DNA of 64,000 bases from Candidatus Multivorans sp. (GCA_965247095.1 OZ251997.1:3424001-3488000), one strand, 5' to 3'; shown: positions 27,488 to 37,355, counted from the first letter of the stretch. Numbers and translations are program-made. Notes: a model not told the origin generated them from the letters alone.

Positions 27488-28506
27488 GGTTGGTTGGACA
27501 CGACAGGACTTGATCCTGGGGCATCGACGTCAACGCCGGTCATGAGCTTGAGGTTACGACCATTGCCCTCGTGACACGCGTACTCGTACAGGATGTGATC
27601 CTCGGGAGCCCGCTTGAACGCGTCGAGCGCGATCGTCCAGGGTCGTGTAAACACTTTCGGATCTTCGATTGTGGCCTCGTAGTGGATCGTGTCGGCGTCC
27701 GTCAGCGTGAAGCGTTCCACTACGTGCAAGGCGTCGCTATGGAAGACGCCGTGACCCGTCGAGAGCGCGCTTGCAGGAGCGCCCTCCAAGGCTACCCCAC
27801 GCGCAACCACCCAGGTCTTCTCGGTGAAGTTCGTGACATCGACGACCAGCGTATCGCCTTCCCAGTGGCCACGCGAATCACCCAACCCCAGGCGTATCTC
27901 CGAGCTGACATGCGGAGGCCCGTCCAGGGGAATGTAACGGTACTCGTGGTTCGCCTCGTAGAGGATCACAACGTACCCAGGCACCTGCAGAATCTGATAC
28001 GTGTTGAACCCATACGGCAAGTTCGCGCGCGGTAGCCCGGCCGACAGACACTTCACTCGCGGATCGAGCTGCGCGAGCTTGTCCTGGTTGGCCATGATCT
28101 CTTCCCGTTTCGCCGCCGCCCACGGTTGCAACGGGATCTTCCCGTCCGGGGGATCCACGACCAGCGGCGTTTGATTGGGAGCGGCCCGCGGTGGAGCGTT
28201 TGGGTCTGGTTCGAGAAGACTCGCAGGGGGTTGCGAATCGATATTGGCACCTTCCTGACGCCACAGATCGTCCACCGGCGTCTCCACGGGCCGGCGCTCG
28301 CCGGGAAGCCAGTGACCCCGCAGGTCCGGGTCGCCCCACGGTGTGCGTGGAGACGTATACGTCTCGTGTTGGGCACCTTTGCCGGAGGCTTCAGCGGCGG
28401 CAAGCGGCACTAGCGCCGCGAACGCCGCGGCGGTGAGGAGACCGGGCGGAGCGAAGGACCGACGGTTCACCTCGAACTCCTTGCCGGCGAGTTGTGTCCT
28501 CGGCAC
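27484..28506 (-). CDS. Exported hypothetical protein (PRTPWGDPDL family)
   Basis: Signal peptide, GDSRGHWEGDTLVVD, ALHVVERFT, IEDPKVFTRPW, YEYACHEGN. Paralog of the next gene. True start probably near 28470. Confidence 0.75.
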   Translation of the reverse strand: MPRTQLAGKEFEVNRRSFAPPGLLTAAAFAALVPLAAAEASGKGAQHETYTSPRTPWGDPDLRGHWLPGERRPVETPVDDLWRQEGANIDSQPPASLLEPDPNAPPRAAPNQTPLVVDPPDGKIPLQPWAAAKREEIMANQDKLAQLDPRVKCLSAGLPRANLPYGFNTYQILQVPGYVVILYEANHEYRYIPLDGPPHVSSEIRLGLGDSRGHWEGDTLVVDVTNFTEKTWVVARGVALEGAPASALSTGHGVFHSDALHVVERFTLTDADTIHYEATIEDPKVFTRPWTIALDAFKRAPEDHILYEYACHEGNGRNLKLMTGVDVDAPGSSPVVSNQP

Positions 28507-28511
28507 GTCAC

Positions 28512-29258
28512 CTACTGACCCTCCAGCGATTGCAGGATGAAATCGACGCAGTCGTATTCCAGGAGCTGGAGTCCCTGTTCCACGCGCCGATACAGCGGCA
28601 TCCTCATGTTCCAGGGGCGCGTGAACACTTTCGGATCCTCGATGGTGACCTCGTAGTCGATGTGGTACGGGCTGGTGGGCGTGAAGCGTTCAACCAAATG
28701 CAAGGCATCGCTGTGGAAGTTCCCGGCCGCGTCGAACCACGTCCGGTCGTTGAAATGGGTGGTGTCGACGACCAGGGTGTCTCCCTCCCAGTGGCCGCGG
28801 GAGTCGCCCATCCAGAAGTCATTCGGCAGCGGATGCGGGCTGCCATCCGTGTAGATGATCCGAACCGCGTGCGCGAACTCGTAGGTCATCACCACATGGT
28901 CCGGCGTCTGAAGGATCTGAAAAGGGAACGGCATGTACGTGATACGCGGGACACCGGGCAGATAGCACTTGCGAACCGGGTCGGCCGTGAGCCGATTCTC
29001 GTAGTTCTCCTGTTTTCGCGCCTCCGCCCAGGGCTGATACGGGATGTCGTTGCCCTCCACCACGCTCAGACCGGCGGGAACGCCATCCTGCGCATTGTGG
29101 TGCTGAAGGTCCCACGCGGCCGTCGTGAGGACCTGCCAGATCCCGCTCAGGTCGGGTCTGCCGTCGCTCGTGCGCGGTCCTTCGTAGCCTGACGCCTGGG
29201 CCCACGCCGCATGAAGACCCAGGCACGCGGTGAGACCGTAGGCGAGCACGAAACGCAT
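28512..29258 (-). CDS. Exported hypothetical protein, paralog of 27484..28506
   Basis: PRTSDGRPDLSGIW, CYLPGVPR, GDSRGHWEGDTLVVD, IEDPKVFTRPW, LEYDC. Confidence 0.78.
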   Translation of the reverse strand: MRFVLAYGLTACLGLHAAWAQASGYEGPRTSDGRPDLSGIWQVLTTAAWDLQHHNAQDGVPAGLSVVEGNDIPYQPWAEARKQENYENRLTADPVRKCYLPGVPRITYMPFPFQILQTPDHVVMTYEFAHAVRIIYTDGSPHPLPNDFWMGDSRGHWEGDTLVVDTTHFNDRTWFDAAGNFHSDALHLVERFTPTSPYHIDYEVTIEDPKVFTRPWNMRMPLYRRVEQGLQLLEYDCVDFILQSLEGQ

Positions 29259-29273
29259 CGTTCCCTCCCCACT

Positions 29274-31478
29274 CTAGGGCAGCCTGAGCGCGATCAATGC
29301 CGGCGTCTTTCCGCCGACGGTGAGTGCTAAGTATTGCCGGCCGTCCAGCATGTAGGTCATCGGCGTCCCGACTGCGCCCCCCACGTCTCGAACTTCGTCA
29401 CGAGCCGCTCCAGCGTTCAGCGTGTAGGTCCTTGGCGTCCCGATTGCGGCTCCAGGCAGGTCGACCGCGGCAAGGACTTCTCCCGACCCCTTGTCGTAGG
29501 CCACCAGTTGGGGACCATCGTCGGTGCCACCGGAAGACAACGCGTAGATGAGCAGCGTCTTCGTCAAGAGTGGCCCGAAATTGTTGACCTCACCTCCCAA
29601 TGGCGGCAGATCGAGATGGCGCAGCAGGGGGTGGTTACGAATTGGGTCGCCGTTGCCGGTCGGCGTCATCCAGAGGTGCTCGCCCGTGTTCATGTCGATG
29701 GCCGTCATCCGCGAATAGGGCGGCTTCCAGAGCGGCAGCCCCGGTGGCATCGGCGGCTGGCGTTGGGGGTTCCCCCCGTCCAGAAACGGCCCGGCGCCCG
29801 CGACGACGTATCGCAAGTTCGACCCCTCGTCCGGCTCGGGCTCGCGAAAGCGCACGACGGAGTGCACACCTTTTGACGGCACGTAGAGAATGCCCGTCTC
29901 CGGGTCTACCGCCGCGCCGCCCCAACTGGCACCGCCCGCGCCGCCTGGACGGTAGATCGTGCCGCGCAACGAGTGCGGGGTGTACAGCGGGCCGAGCCGG
30001 AACCCCTCGACCGCCTTGACCGCCATCTGGCGGATCTCGGGGGTGAAGTCGACCAGGTCGTCTATCGAAGTGCCCTGATGCTCGAAGGGCGCCGGCTTGG
30101 TCGGGAACGGCTGGGTCGGTGACAGGACCTCTCCCTCCAGGTCAGTGTCGGTCGGCACGGGCCGCTCTTCAATCGGCCAGACCGGTTCGCCCGTCACGCG
30201 GTCGAAGGTGTAGACGAACCCCTGCTTGGTCACCTGGGCGGCCGCCTTCACCCGGCGGCCGTCAACGGTGATGTCGAGCAGGTTCGGCCCCGCCGGGATG
30301 TCGTAGTTCCACAGGCCGTGGTGCACGATCTGGAAGTGCCAGACGCGCTCGCCCGTCTCTACATCCACACAAACCAGACTCTGCGCAAAGAGGTTGTCGC
30401 CAGGCCGCTCGCCGCCCCAACTGTCGGAGGTCGGGGCGCTCGTCGGCAGATAGACGTAGCCGAGCTCGGGGTCCGCCGTGATGTTCCCCCAGGTATTCGT
30501 GTGGCCCGAGTAGCGCCACGACTCGTTCTGCCACGTGTCGGCCCCGAACTCATCGGCGCTCTGCGGCACGTTGTGGAAGTCCCACTTGTGCCGCCCGGTG
30601 CGCGCGTCGTAGGCGCGCACGAACCCCGGCGTGCCCTCTTTCGTGACGCGAAGGTCGTGGATTGTCGAGGGTGCGCCGATGATGATCGTGTCACCCACGA
30701 TCAGCGGAGCTGACCGCGACGGGGAAGGCAGCCCGCTGGGGTTCTCGCGAGCCCGCGGCAGACCCTCCTCCAGACTGACGCGCCCGTTGTCGCCGAACCC
30801 GGTGGCGAGGAGGCCGGTCTTCGCGTCGACGGCCGTCAGATAGCCGTCGCCCGTGCCCCAAAAGATCCGCGCCTCGCCCCCGTTCTCCCAGTAGGCCACC
30901 CCGCGGTGTTTCCAGGGCGCAGGGACCGGCGGGCTGGCGGCCTCGTAGACTCGCGGGTTGTAGACCCAGCGCGTCTCACCCGTCCGGGCATCGATCGCTG
31001 CCGCCTGATAGAGCGGCGTGCTCAGATACAGCACGCCGTCGACCATGAGCGGGACCGCCTCGAAGAAGATTGATTGCAATGTAATGTTCGGCCGCGTCGC
31101 TAAGCGGTAGAACGTCCGCGTCGGCCAGCGGCCTGGCTCGGCCGCCTCCAGCCGGTCGAAGAGTGTCTCGGAGGGGATGAGCGAGATCCCGTGCTCATCC
31201 TCGAACGGGAGATGGGAGTCGGCGATGCGCCAGCGCCAGGCCACCTCGAGGTCGCCGAAGTTCTCGCCGGTGATCTGATCGAGCGGCGCGTACTTCGTGC
31301 CCCACGTGTCGCCAGCGTAGGTGCGCCACTCGCCGCCGGCCGCGCCCTGCTGCGCGTCGACCGACGCCGCCCAGAGCCACGTGAGGGTCAGCGTCGCGGC
31401 CACCAGGACCCGTGTGTGCCGTCTCATCCTGCGCAGCACCCGCTGGATGTCGACCACCGGCGATTCACCCGCGGCCAT
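29274..31478 (-). CDS. PQQ-dependent dehydrogenase (quinoprotein glucose dehydrogenase-like)
   Basis: KYAPLDQI, PLMVDGVLY, HRGVAYW, WHFQIVHHGLWNYD, TKQGFVYTFDRVTGEPVWPIEERPVP, PMTYMLDGRQY. Confidence 0.9.
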   Translation of the reverse strand: MAAGESPVVDIQRVLRRMRRHTRVLVAATLTLTWLWAASVDAQQGAAGGEWRTYAGDTWGTKYAPLDQITGENFGDLEVAWRWRIADSHLPFEDEHGISLIPSETLFDRLEAAEPGRWPTRTFYRLATRPNITLQSIFFEAVPLMVDGVLYLSTPLYQAAAIDARTGETRWVYNPRVYEAASPPVPAPWKHRGVAYWENGGEARIFWGTGDGYLTAVDAKTGLLATGFGDNGRVSLEEGLPRARENPSGLPSPSRSAPLIVGDTIIIGAPSTIHDLRVTKEGTPGFVRAYDARTGRHKWDFHNVPQSADEFGADTWQNESWRYSGHTNTWGNITADPELGYVYLPTSAPTSDSWGGERPGDNLFAQSLVCVDVETGERVWHFQIVHHGLWNYDIPAGPNLLDITVDGRRVKAAAQVTKQGFVYTFDRVTGEPVWPIEERPVPTDTDLEGEVLSPTQPFPTKPAPFEHQGTSIDDLVDFTPEIRQMAVKAVEGFRLGPLYTPHSLRGTIYRPGGAGGASWGGAAVDPETGILYVPSKGVHSVVRFREPEPDEGSNLRYVVAGAGPFLDGGNPQRQPPMPPGLPLWKPPYSRMTAIDMNTGEHLWMTPTGNGDPIRNHPLLRHLDLPPLGGEVNNFGPLLTKTLLIYALSSGGTDDGPQLVAYDKGSGEVLAAVDLPGAAIGTPRTYTLNAGAARDEVRDVGGAVGTPMTYMLDGRQYLALTVGGKTPALIALRLP

Positions 31479-31489
31479 CTCAACCCTGC

Positions 31490-31897
31490 TTATCGCCCAT
31501 CGGGAGCGCCAGTGCCAGAGGACCCCGCAAAGAACCTTGACCCATCGGGCAACGTGATGTCCCTGGCGTTCGCTGTGTTGGATCCGTTCTTGGCACCAAA
31601 GCCATCGATGACCAGTTCCGTGCCAATCGGGACCGAGTACTTGTTCAGGCCCCGCCTGATCAACGCGTTCGGGGCGCCCAATTCAATGGCCCAACTCGCC
31701 ACCTGGCCGTCTGGACCTTCCACATCGATGTGTATCCAGCAGTGGGGGTTTATCCACTCCGTTTTCGTGACGGTGCCGCGTAGCTGAACCGGCTTGTTCG
31801 CGTCGAACTCGGCCGAGAACGCATGATGCGCCAGCACGGGTCCCGCGGCCAGCAGCATGCCGAAGCCGACAACCGCCAAGAAGAGCCTTGTTCCCAT
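31490..31897 (-). CDS. DUF6152-like exported protein
   Basis: Signal peptide, then AHHAFSAEFDANKPVQLRGTVTKTEWINPHCWIHIDV. Confidence 0.75.
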   Translation of the reverse strand: MGTRLFLAVVGFGMLLAAGPVLAHHAFSAEFDANKPVQLRGTVTKTEWINPHCWIHIDVEGPDGQVASWAIELGAPNALIRRGLNKYSVPIGTELVIDGFGAKNGSNTANARDITLPDGSRFFAGSSGTGAPDGR

Positions 31898-32057
31898 GAA
31901 AGTCACCTGACCGTAGATCTCAGAGATTCTGCCACTAATCCTCGCCGTGCGCTCCCGCCCCTGTCCAGGAGACGGGGCGGATTCTTTCGGAGAACTCCTA
32001 ACCGCTGCGCCGTTGATGGCGCCGAGAGCCACGTGAGTGTCAGCGTCGCGGGCTGTT

Positions 32058-33197
32058 CTAGTTCGCGACGTACTTCGTGATGCCGCCGCCGGCGGTGGGA
32101 CGGGAATCCGGCCCTTCCGCCGCATAGATGTTGCCGTCCTCATCCACGGCGACACCCTCACCGGCGACCCCTTGCACGCGATCGTCGTGAGGGTGCGGCG
32201 GCACAAAGCCGGTCAGCCGGTCCTCGCCGGCCGGTCCGATCCGTACACCGTTCCTCCAGGCGGGGCGGTTGTTGGGGCCCGAGTCCGAATCGATCGCATA
32301 GAGCGTGTCGTCGGCGGTGATGAACAGCCCACTGACCTTGCTGTACTGCATGTAGGTGTCGAGGAGGTTGCCGTCCTGGTCGAAGATTTGGATCCGGCTA
32401 TTGCCACGGTCCGCGACATACAGACGGCCTTGCGAGTCGAACGCCAGTCCGTGCGGCGTGCGAAACTGCCCGGGACGGAAGCCGATTTCACCCCACTCCT
32501 TGATGAAGTTGCCCTCGCTGTCGAACTTGAGGATCCGTCCGGTCGCGCCCGGAGGCGGATCAGGCGCCTGGCCGCTATGTCCGTCAGACACGAAGATGTC
32601 GCCGTTGGGCGCCGTAATGACATCGCACGGCTGGTAGAGCTGGCCAGGGCCGCTTCCGGGCACCCCCGCCTCGCCGAGTCGCAGCAGGATCTCGCCCTCC
32701 GGGCTGAACTTGATCACCTGATGCCCCTTGGTCGCGGCCTCGTTCCCTGCGAAGTCGGTCACCCAGACGTTGCCGTCGCTGTCCACGTGGAGACCGTGCG
32801 GTACCACGAACAGTCCGGCCCCGAAGCTGGTCAGGATCTCACCAGTGTTCCTGTCGAACTTGAAGATCGGATCGAGCTCCGGGTTGGACTCGCACCCACC
32901 GTCCAGACCGCCACCGCACCGGTCATAGGCCCAGACATGCCCGTCGGGACCGATATCGATGCCCGCGGTCGAACCCCAAACCCGCCCGTCGGGGAGCGAC
33001 GCCCAGTTCAAGATCACCTCGCCGGTCGGATTCGGCAGCGACCGATCCACCCGGTCGCTCATCTTCCCGTCGTCCATCGCGCCCGTCTCCTCCTCCACCG
33101 CCGGAGCGCCACCGCCACAGGCCACGAGAGCCACCAGCGGTAGGGACAGGAGCGCCAGCCCGCCTCGGCTCGCCAGGATCGATCGGAATTTACGCAT
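32058..33197 (-). CDS. NHL-repeat lipoprotein (peptidyl-alpha-hydroxyglycine alpha-amidating lyase-like)
   Basis: LVAC lipobox, PHGLHVDSDGNVWVTD, GQFRTPHGLAFDSQGRLYVADRGNSRIQIFD. Confidence 0.85.
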   Translation of the reverse strand: MRKFRSILASRGGLALLSLPLVALVACGGGAPAVEEETGAMDDGKMSDRVDRSLPNPTGEVILNWASLPDGRVWGSTAGIDIGPDGHVWAYDRCGGGLDGGCESNPELDPIFKFDRNTGEILTSFGAGLFVVPHGLHVDSDGNVWVTDFAGNEAATKGHQVIKFSPEGEILLRLGEAGVPGSGPGQLYQPCDVITAPNGDIFVSDGHSGQAPDPPPGATGRILKFDSEGNFIKEWGEIGFRPGQFRTPHGLAFDSQGRLYVADRGNSRIQIFDQDGNLLDTYMQYSKVSGLFITADDTLYAIDSDSGPNNRPAWRNGVRIGPAGEDRLTGFVPPHPHDDRVQGVAGEGVAVDEDGNIYAAEGPDSRPTAGGGITKYVAN

Positions 33198-33283
33198 GTT
33201 GCCCACCTTTCTCTGGGTGACGCCAGGAAGTAAAAAGATAGCTCTAGCGGCTCGCGTGATGAGCATCGCGCTCCTCCTTAGTT

Positions 33284-34003
33284 TACTCGGAACTGCCGCC
33301 CGAACGCTTCCCCGCCATGCTGCAGCTCCTGCAGGAAGGGCTGGAGGAGAGCGCCCTGGGGATCGGCCTCGCCGTCCAGTACTACCCCGGGGCGACCCGC
33401 CGGGAGATCGTCGAAGTGTTCCGATTCGCCGGCGAGAAGCGGGCCACCATCCACACGCACGTCCGTTCGATGACGATCGATGCGATGCAGGAAGTCTTGG
33501 CCAACGCGGTCGCTACTGGGGCGCCCCTGCACATCGTGCACGTGAACAGCATGGCCCTCGGCGAGATCGACACGGTGCTGGACCTGATCGGCGGCGCGCG
33601 CCGCCTGGGGCTCGACGTGACGACGGAGGCCTACCCCTACACGGCCGGCTCGACCAGTCTCCACAGCTCGATCTTCGATGAAGGGTGGCAGGACCGCCTG
33701 GGCATCGGCTACGGCGACCTCCAGTGGGAAGCAACGGGGGAGAGGCTGACCAAGGAGACCATCGAGCGGTACCGCCGCGAGCGGGGAACGGTGATCCTGC
33801 ACTTCATGAAGGAGGAGTGGATCGAGATGGCGCTCGCGAACGACTGGGTGATCGACACCGCCACCTTCGAAGACGGGCTCTCCTTCTCAGAGGGAATCCA
33901 CCACACGATGGTGAACGGCGTGTTCGTCGTCCGCGACGGCGAGACTGTCGAGGGGGTTGCTCCAGGCCGGGCGATCGTCGGGCGTTTCGCGGCCGAGCCC
34001 TAA
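33284..34003 (+). pseudogene. Truncated, internally deleted second copy of the 661..2202 amidohydrolase
   Basis: Matches copy 1 from YSELPPERFPAML onward. Lacks the N-terminal ~190 codons including HxH, and has an in-frame 243-bp deletion (WVI|DTATF) that removes ASDG/HPR. Confidence 0.9.
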
Positions 34004-34066
34004 CTCGCCTGGGTCACGCGGACGCCTTGGGCGTGCTCCACGTCCCGCGACCGCGCAGTCATCCGC

Positions 34067-34969
34067 CTACAGCTTCCCCGTCGCTCGCGCCCGGTCCAGC
34101 ACCGGCTGGTAGATCCGCACCGTCGCCGCGTCGACGAGCTGGCCGCCCTTGCCGCCGGCGCCGGCGCCAGCCTTGAGCGATTCGTTGTAGAGATCGACCA
34201 TCTTCTGCGCCTGCGCGATCTCCCTCGGCGAGGGCGCGAACACATCGTTGGCAAGCGGGATCTGGTTGGGGTGAATGCACCACTTGCCGACGGCGCCGAG
34301 GGAGGCGGCCCAGGTGGCCTGCTGCATGTAGGCGCTGTCGTTCCGGAAGTCGCCGAAGGGGCCGTCGATGGCGTCGATGCCGGCGGCCCGGCAGGCGGCG
34401 ATCATGCGGACCCGGTGGGCGGACCACATGTCGCCGGGGTAGCGATAGTCCTTGTCGAGTTCGTGGCCGAAGCGCATGCCCATGCTCGCCGAAAGGTCGC
34501 CGAAGCCGAGGATGAGCGCCTCGAGGCGGGGCGAGGAGGTGGCGATCGCTTCGACGTTGGCGAGGGCCTCGGCTTCCTCGATCAGTGCCTCCAGGCCGAT
34601 CTTGCGTGTGAGCCCGAGCTTCTGTTCGAGGCCGTCGAGCATGGTCTCGAAGAACCAGATGTCGCGGGGCTGCTTGACCTTGGGCAGGATGATGATGTCG
34701 AGGTTCTCGCCGGCGCCCTCGACGACGCTGATCACGTCGTCGACGGCCCAGCGGGTGGTGTGGTCGTTGACGCGCACGGAGCGCACCTTGTTGCCCCAGT
34801 CGAGTTCGTTCAGACCGTCGATGGCGATCTGGCGCGCGCCCTCCTTCTTCTCGGGGGAGACGGCGTCTTCCAGGTCGAGGAAGACGAGGTCGGCGTCGCT
34901 CCCGGCCGACTTCTCGACCATCCTGGGGTTGCTGGCCGGCACCGCCAGTTCGGAACGTCTCAGTCGCAT
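34067..34969 (-). CDS. CitE-like CoA-ester lyase, copy 2
   Basis: Same length as 10335..11237 and near-identical protein. Confidence 0.9.
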   Translation of the reverse strand: MRLRRSELAVPASNPRMVEKSAGSDADLVFLDLEDAVSPEKKEGARQIAIDGLNELDWGNKVRSVRVNDHTTRWAVDDVISVVEGAGENLDIIILPKVKQPRDIWFFETMLDGLEQKLGLTRKIGLEALIEEAEALANVEAIATSSPRLEALILGFGDLSASMGMRFGHELDKDYRYPGDMWSAHRVRMIAACRAAGIDAIDGPFGDFRNDSAYMQQATWAASLGAVGKWCIHPNQIPLANDVFAPSPREIAQAQKMVDLYNESLKAGAGAGGKGGQLVDAATVRIYQPVLDRARATGKL

Positions 34970-34974
34970 GGGGG

Positions 34975-36234
34975 CTACTCCTTGGGTGGGTCTTCCGGGT
35001 CCAGCCCGGCGTTGATCCCGAACTCGGCGAGGATCTCGTCGCGGTGCTCGTCGAGCAGGGGCGCTCTGCTGCGCACGCCGGTCTTCGTTTCGGTGTACTT
35101 GATCGGGCTGCCGACGATCTTGACCGGCTCGTTGTCGCCCGGCAGCTCGACTTCGGCGACCATCTCGCGGACCGCGGTGTGGGGGCTTTCGAAGATGTCG
35201 GCGGCGGTCTGGACCGGGCCGCAGGGCACCTTGCCGCCGAGCGTTTCGACGACCTGGTCGCGGGTGAGCGAGCCGGTCCACTCCGAGACGACGCCTTCCA
35301 CGAACTCGCGGTTCTTGCGGCGGGCCGCGAAGTCCTTCGTGCGTTCGTCGTCGACGAGTTCCGGCCGCCCCATCTCGTGGCAGAGGATCTCCCACTGGGC
35401 CGGCATCGGCGCGGCGATGGCCACGCCGCCGTCCTTCGCGTCGAAGATGCCGAACGGGCACAGGCTGTGGTGGTGCTTGCCGCGCGGCCCGAGTTGGTTG
35501 CTCTTGGCGGCGCCGTAGTTCGCGAACACCGATTCGCACAGGAAGTTCACCCCGTCGACCATGGCGACGTCCATGAACTGGCCCTTGCCGGTGCGCCGCG
35601 CGTGGTGGACCCCGGCGACGACGCCGAGCGCCATCAGCGTCCCGGGAAACAGGTCGCCGACGGAGGCGCCCCCGGGGTAGCCCCCTCCGGACCCGCCGTC
35701 GCCCGCGGGGCCGTTGATGTGGGCGAAACCGCCCATCGCCTGCGCCACGATGTCGAAGGCCGGCCAGTCGGCGTAGGGGCTCTCGCCGGTCCGCGGGTCG
35801 CCGAAGCCGCGCAGCGCCGCGTAGACGATCCGCGGATTGCGCTCCCGGATCACCTCGTAGCTCAGCCCGAGCCGGTCCATCACGCCGGCGCGCATGTTCT
35901 CGAGCACGGCGTCGGCCTGCTCGCACAGGCGGAGGAAGGTCTCGCGGTCGGCCTCGTCCTTCAGGTCGAGCGAGATGCTGCGCTTGTTCCGGTTGATGCT
36001 GCCGAAGTAGCCGCCGAAGTCGCAGCCGCCGTCGACGCCGGCCTTGCCCTGGGCGGGGTGGATGAAGTCCGGCGGCGTCGGCGGCGAGGGGCGGGACATG
36101 TCGCCGGTCGGCGGCTCCACCTTGATCACGTCGGCGCCGAGGTCGGCGAGGATCGCCGAGCCGAAGGGCCCGGCGAGGGCCATCGTACAGTCGATGATGA
36201 CGAGGTCGCTGAGGGGGCCTGACCCTCCGCCCAC
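34975..36234 (-). CDS. CaiB/BaiF CoA transferase, copy 2
   Basis: Near-identical to 11243..12517, with a Gly-rich insertion (GDGGSGGG) and no REP-derived tail. Confidence 0.92.
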   Translation of the reverse strand: MGGGSGPLSDLVIIDCTMALAGPFGSAILADLGADVIKVEPPTGDMSRPSPPTPPDFIHPAQGKAGVDGGCDFGGYFGSINRNKRSISLDLKDEADRETFLRLCEQADAVLENMRAGVMDRLGLSYEVIRERNPRIVYAALRGFGDPRTGESPYADWPAFDIVAQAMGGFAHINGPAGDGGSGGGYPGGASVGDLFPGTLMALGVVAGVHHARRTGKGQFMDVAMVDGVNFLCESVFANYGAAKSNQLGPRGKHHHSLCPFGIFDAKDGGVAIAAPMPAQWEILCHEMGRPELVDDERTKDFAARRKNREFVEGVVSEWTGSLTRDQVVETLGGKVPCGPVQTAADIFESPHTAVREMVAEVELPGDNEPVKIVGSPIKYTETKTGVRSRAPLLDEHRDEILAEFGINAGLDPEDPPKE

Positions 36235-36707
36235 TACGACCCCCAGTGCGAGCGGCGCTTGATGAGGACCTCGCGCTCGCCCTCGAAGACGATCGTGCCG
36301 TCCTGCTTCGTGCCCCAGTGCTTGAAGCGGACGACGCCGGCGTCGTCGCGGTCGGCGTCGCGGACCTCAAGCACCTCGGTGTAGGCGGTCAGCGAGTCGC
36401 CGAGGAAGACGGGCGCGCGGAAGCGCATCTTGTCGAGGCCGAGTTCGGCGAGGGCGTTCTCGGCCGTGTCCTGGGTTGCCAGGCCGATGACCGTCGAGCC
36501 GGTGACCAGGCCGAACACGAGCCGCTGCCCGAAGGGCGACGCCTTCATCTTGTGCTCGTCGAAGTGGCCGTCGGCGGTGTTCAGGACGAGCTTGGTGAGG
36601 AGCTGGCTTTCGACCTCCTCGATCGTGGTGCCGCGGGCGTGGCGCATCTTCTGGCCGGCGGCGAACTCTTCGAAGTAGGTGGAGGGGGAGGTGAGCGCTG
36701 CGGTCAT
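36234..36707 (-). CDS. MaoC-family dehydratase, copy 2a
   Basis: Near-identical to 12660..13136. Confidence 0.88.
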   Translation of the reverse strand: MTAALTSPSTYFEEFAAGQKMRHARGTTIEEVESQLLTKLVLNTADGHFDEHKMKASPFGQRLVFGLVTGSTVIGLATQDTAENALAELGLDKMRFRAPVFLGDSLTAYTEVLEVRDADRDDAGVVRFKHWGTKQDGTIVFEGEREVLIKRRSHWGS

Positions 36708-36741
36708 GGCGCTGCCTCCTGCCCAGCCGCGGTGGCGGCCC

Positions 36742-36778
36742 GGTTCCCAGAGCGGGCAGGATGCCCGCGTTCCCAGGG
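36742..36778. repeat. REP-like repeat, family A
   Basis: GGTTCCCAGAGCGGGCAGGATGCCCGCGTTCCCAGGG at the position equivalent to 13168-13204. Confidence 0.8.
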
Positions 36779-36795
36779 CGGAGAGCTGTGGGCCG

Positions 36796-37290
36796 TCATG
36801 ACGCCGCCTCGCGCCGCTTGGCGACCAGGTTGGTGCGCTGGTAGCTCAGCACGACCTCTCCCTTCTGGTTGCGGGCCTCCGTTTCCCAGGTGACGATGCC
36901 GAAGTGCGGCCGCGACCCGGACTCGCGGCGGCCGACGACCCGGCTCTTCCCCGTGATCGTGTCGCCGGGGTAGACGGGCCGGTGGAACTTCACGTCGTTC
37001 ACGCCGAGGAATGGCCCGCCGCCCTCGGAGAGGTCTTCGACGGACATGCCGACCACGGTGCAGAGCACGAGCAGCGGGTCGATGACCACCGAGTCGTGCC
37101 CGTGAGCGCGCGCGTACTCGGCGTTGAAGTAGAGCGGCGTGAACCGCATCGTGGCGGTGGCGAAGAGCGCGTTGTCGGCTTCGCTCAGCGTGCGGCCCCA
37201 GTGGTGCTCGAAGACCCGGCCTTCCTCGAAGTCCTGGTAGCGGTTGCCCTTCTTCTGGAGCGGGAAGGTGGAGAAGTCCGGATCGGCCAT
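36796..37290 (-). CDS. MaoC-family dehydratase, copy 2b
   Basis: Near-identical to 13222..13716. Start MADPDF at 37290. Confidence 0.88.
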   Translation of the reverse strand: MADPDFSTFPLQKKGNRYQDFEEGRVFEHHWGRTLSEADNALFATATMRFTPLYFNAEYARAHGHDSVVIDPLLVLCTVVGMSVEDLSEGGGPFLGVNDVKFHRPVYPGDTITGKSRVVGRRESGSRPHFGIVTWETEARNQKGEVVLSYQRTNLVAKRREAAS

Positions 37291-37355
37291 GCGGCGAAAC
37301 CCTCTTGGCTTGATGCTGAAGGCGGTTGGGAGATCTACCACGGTACGATTTGCGG

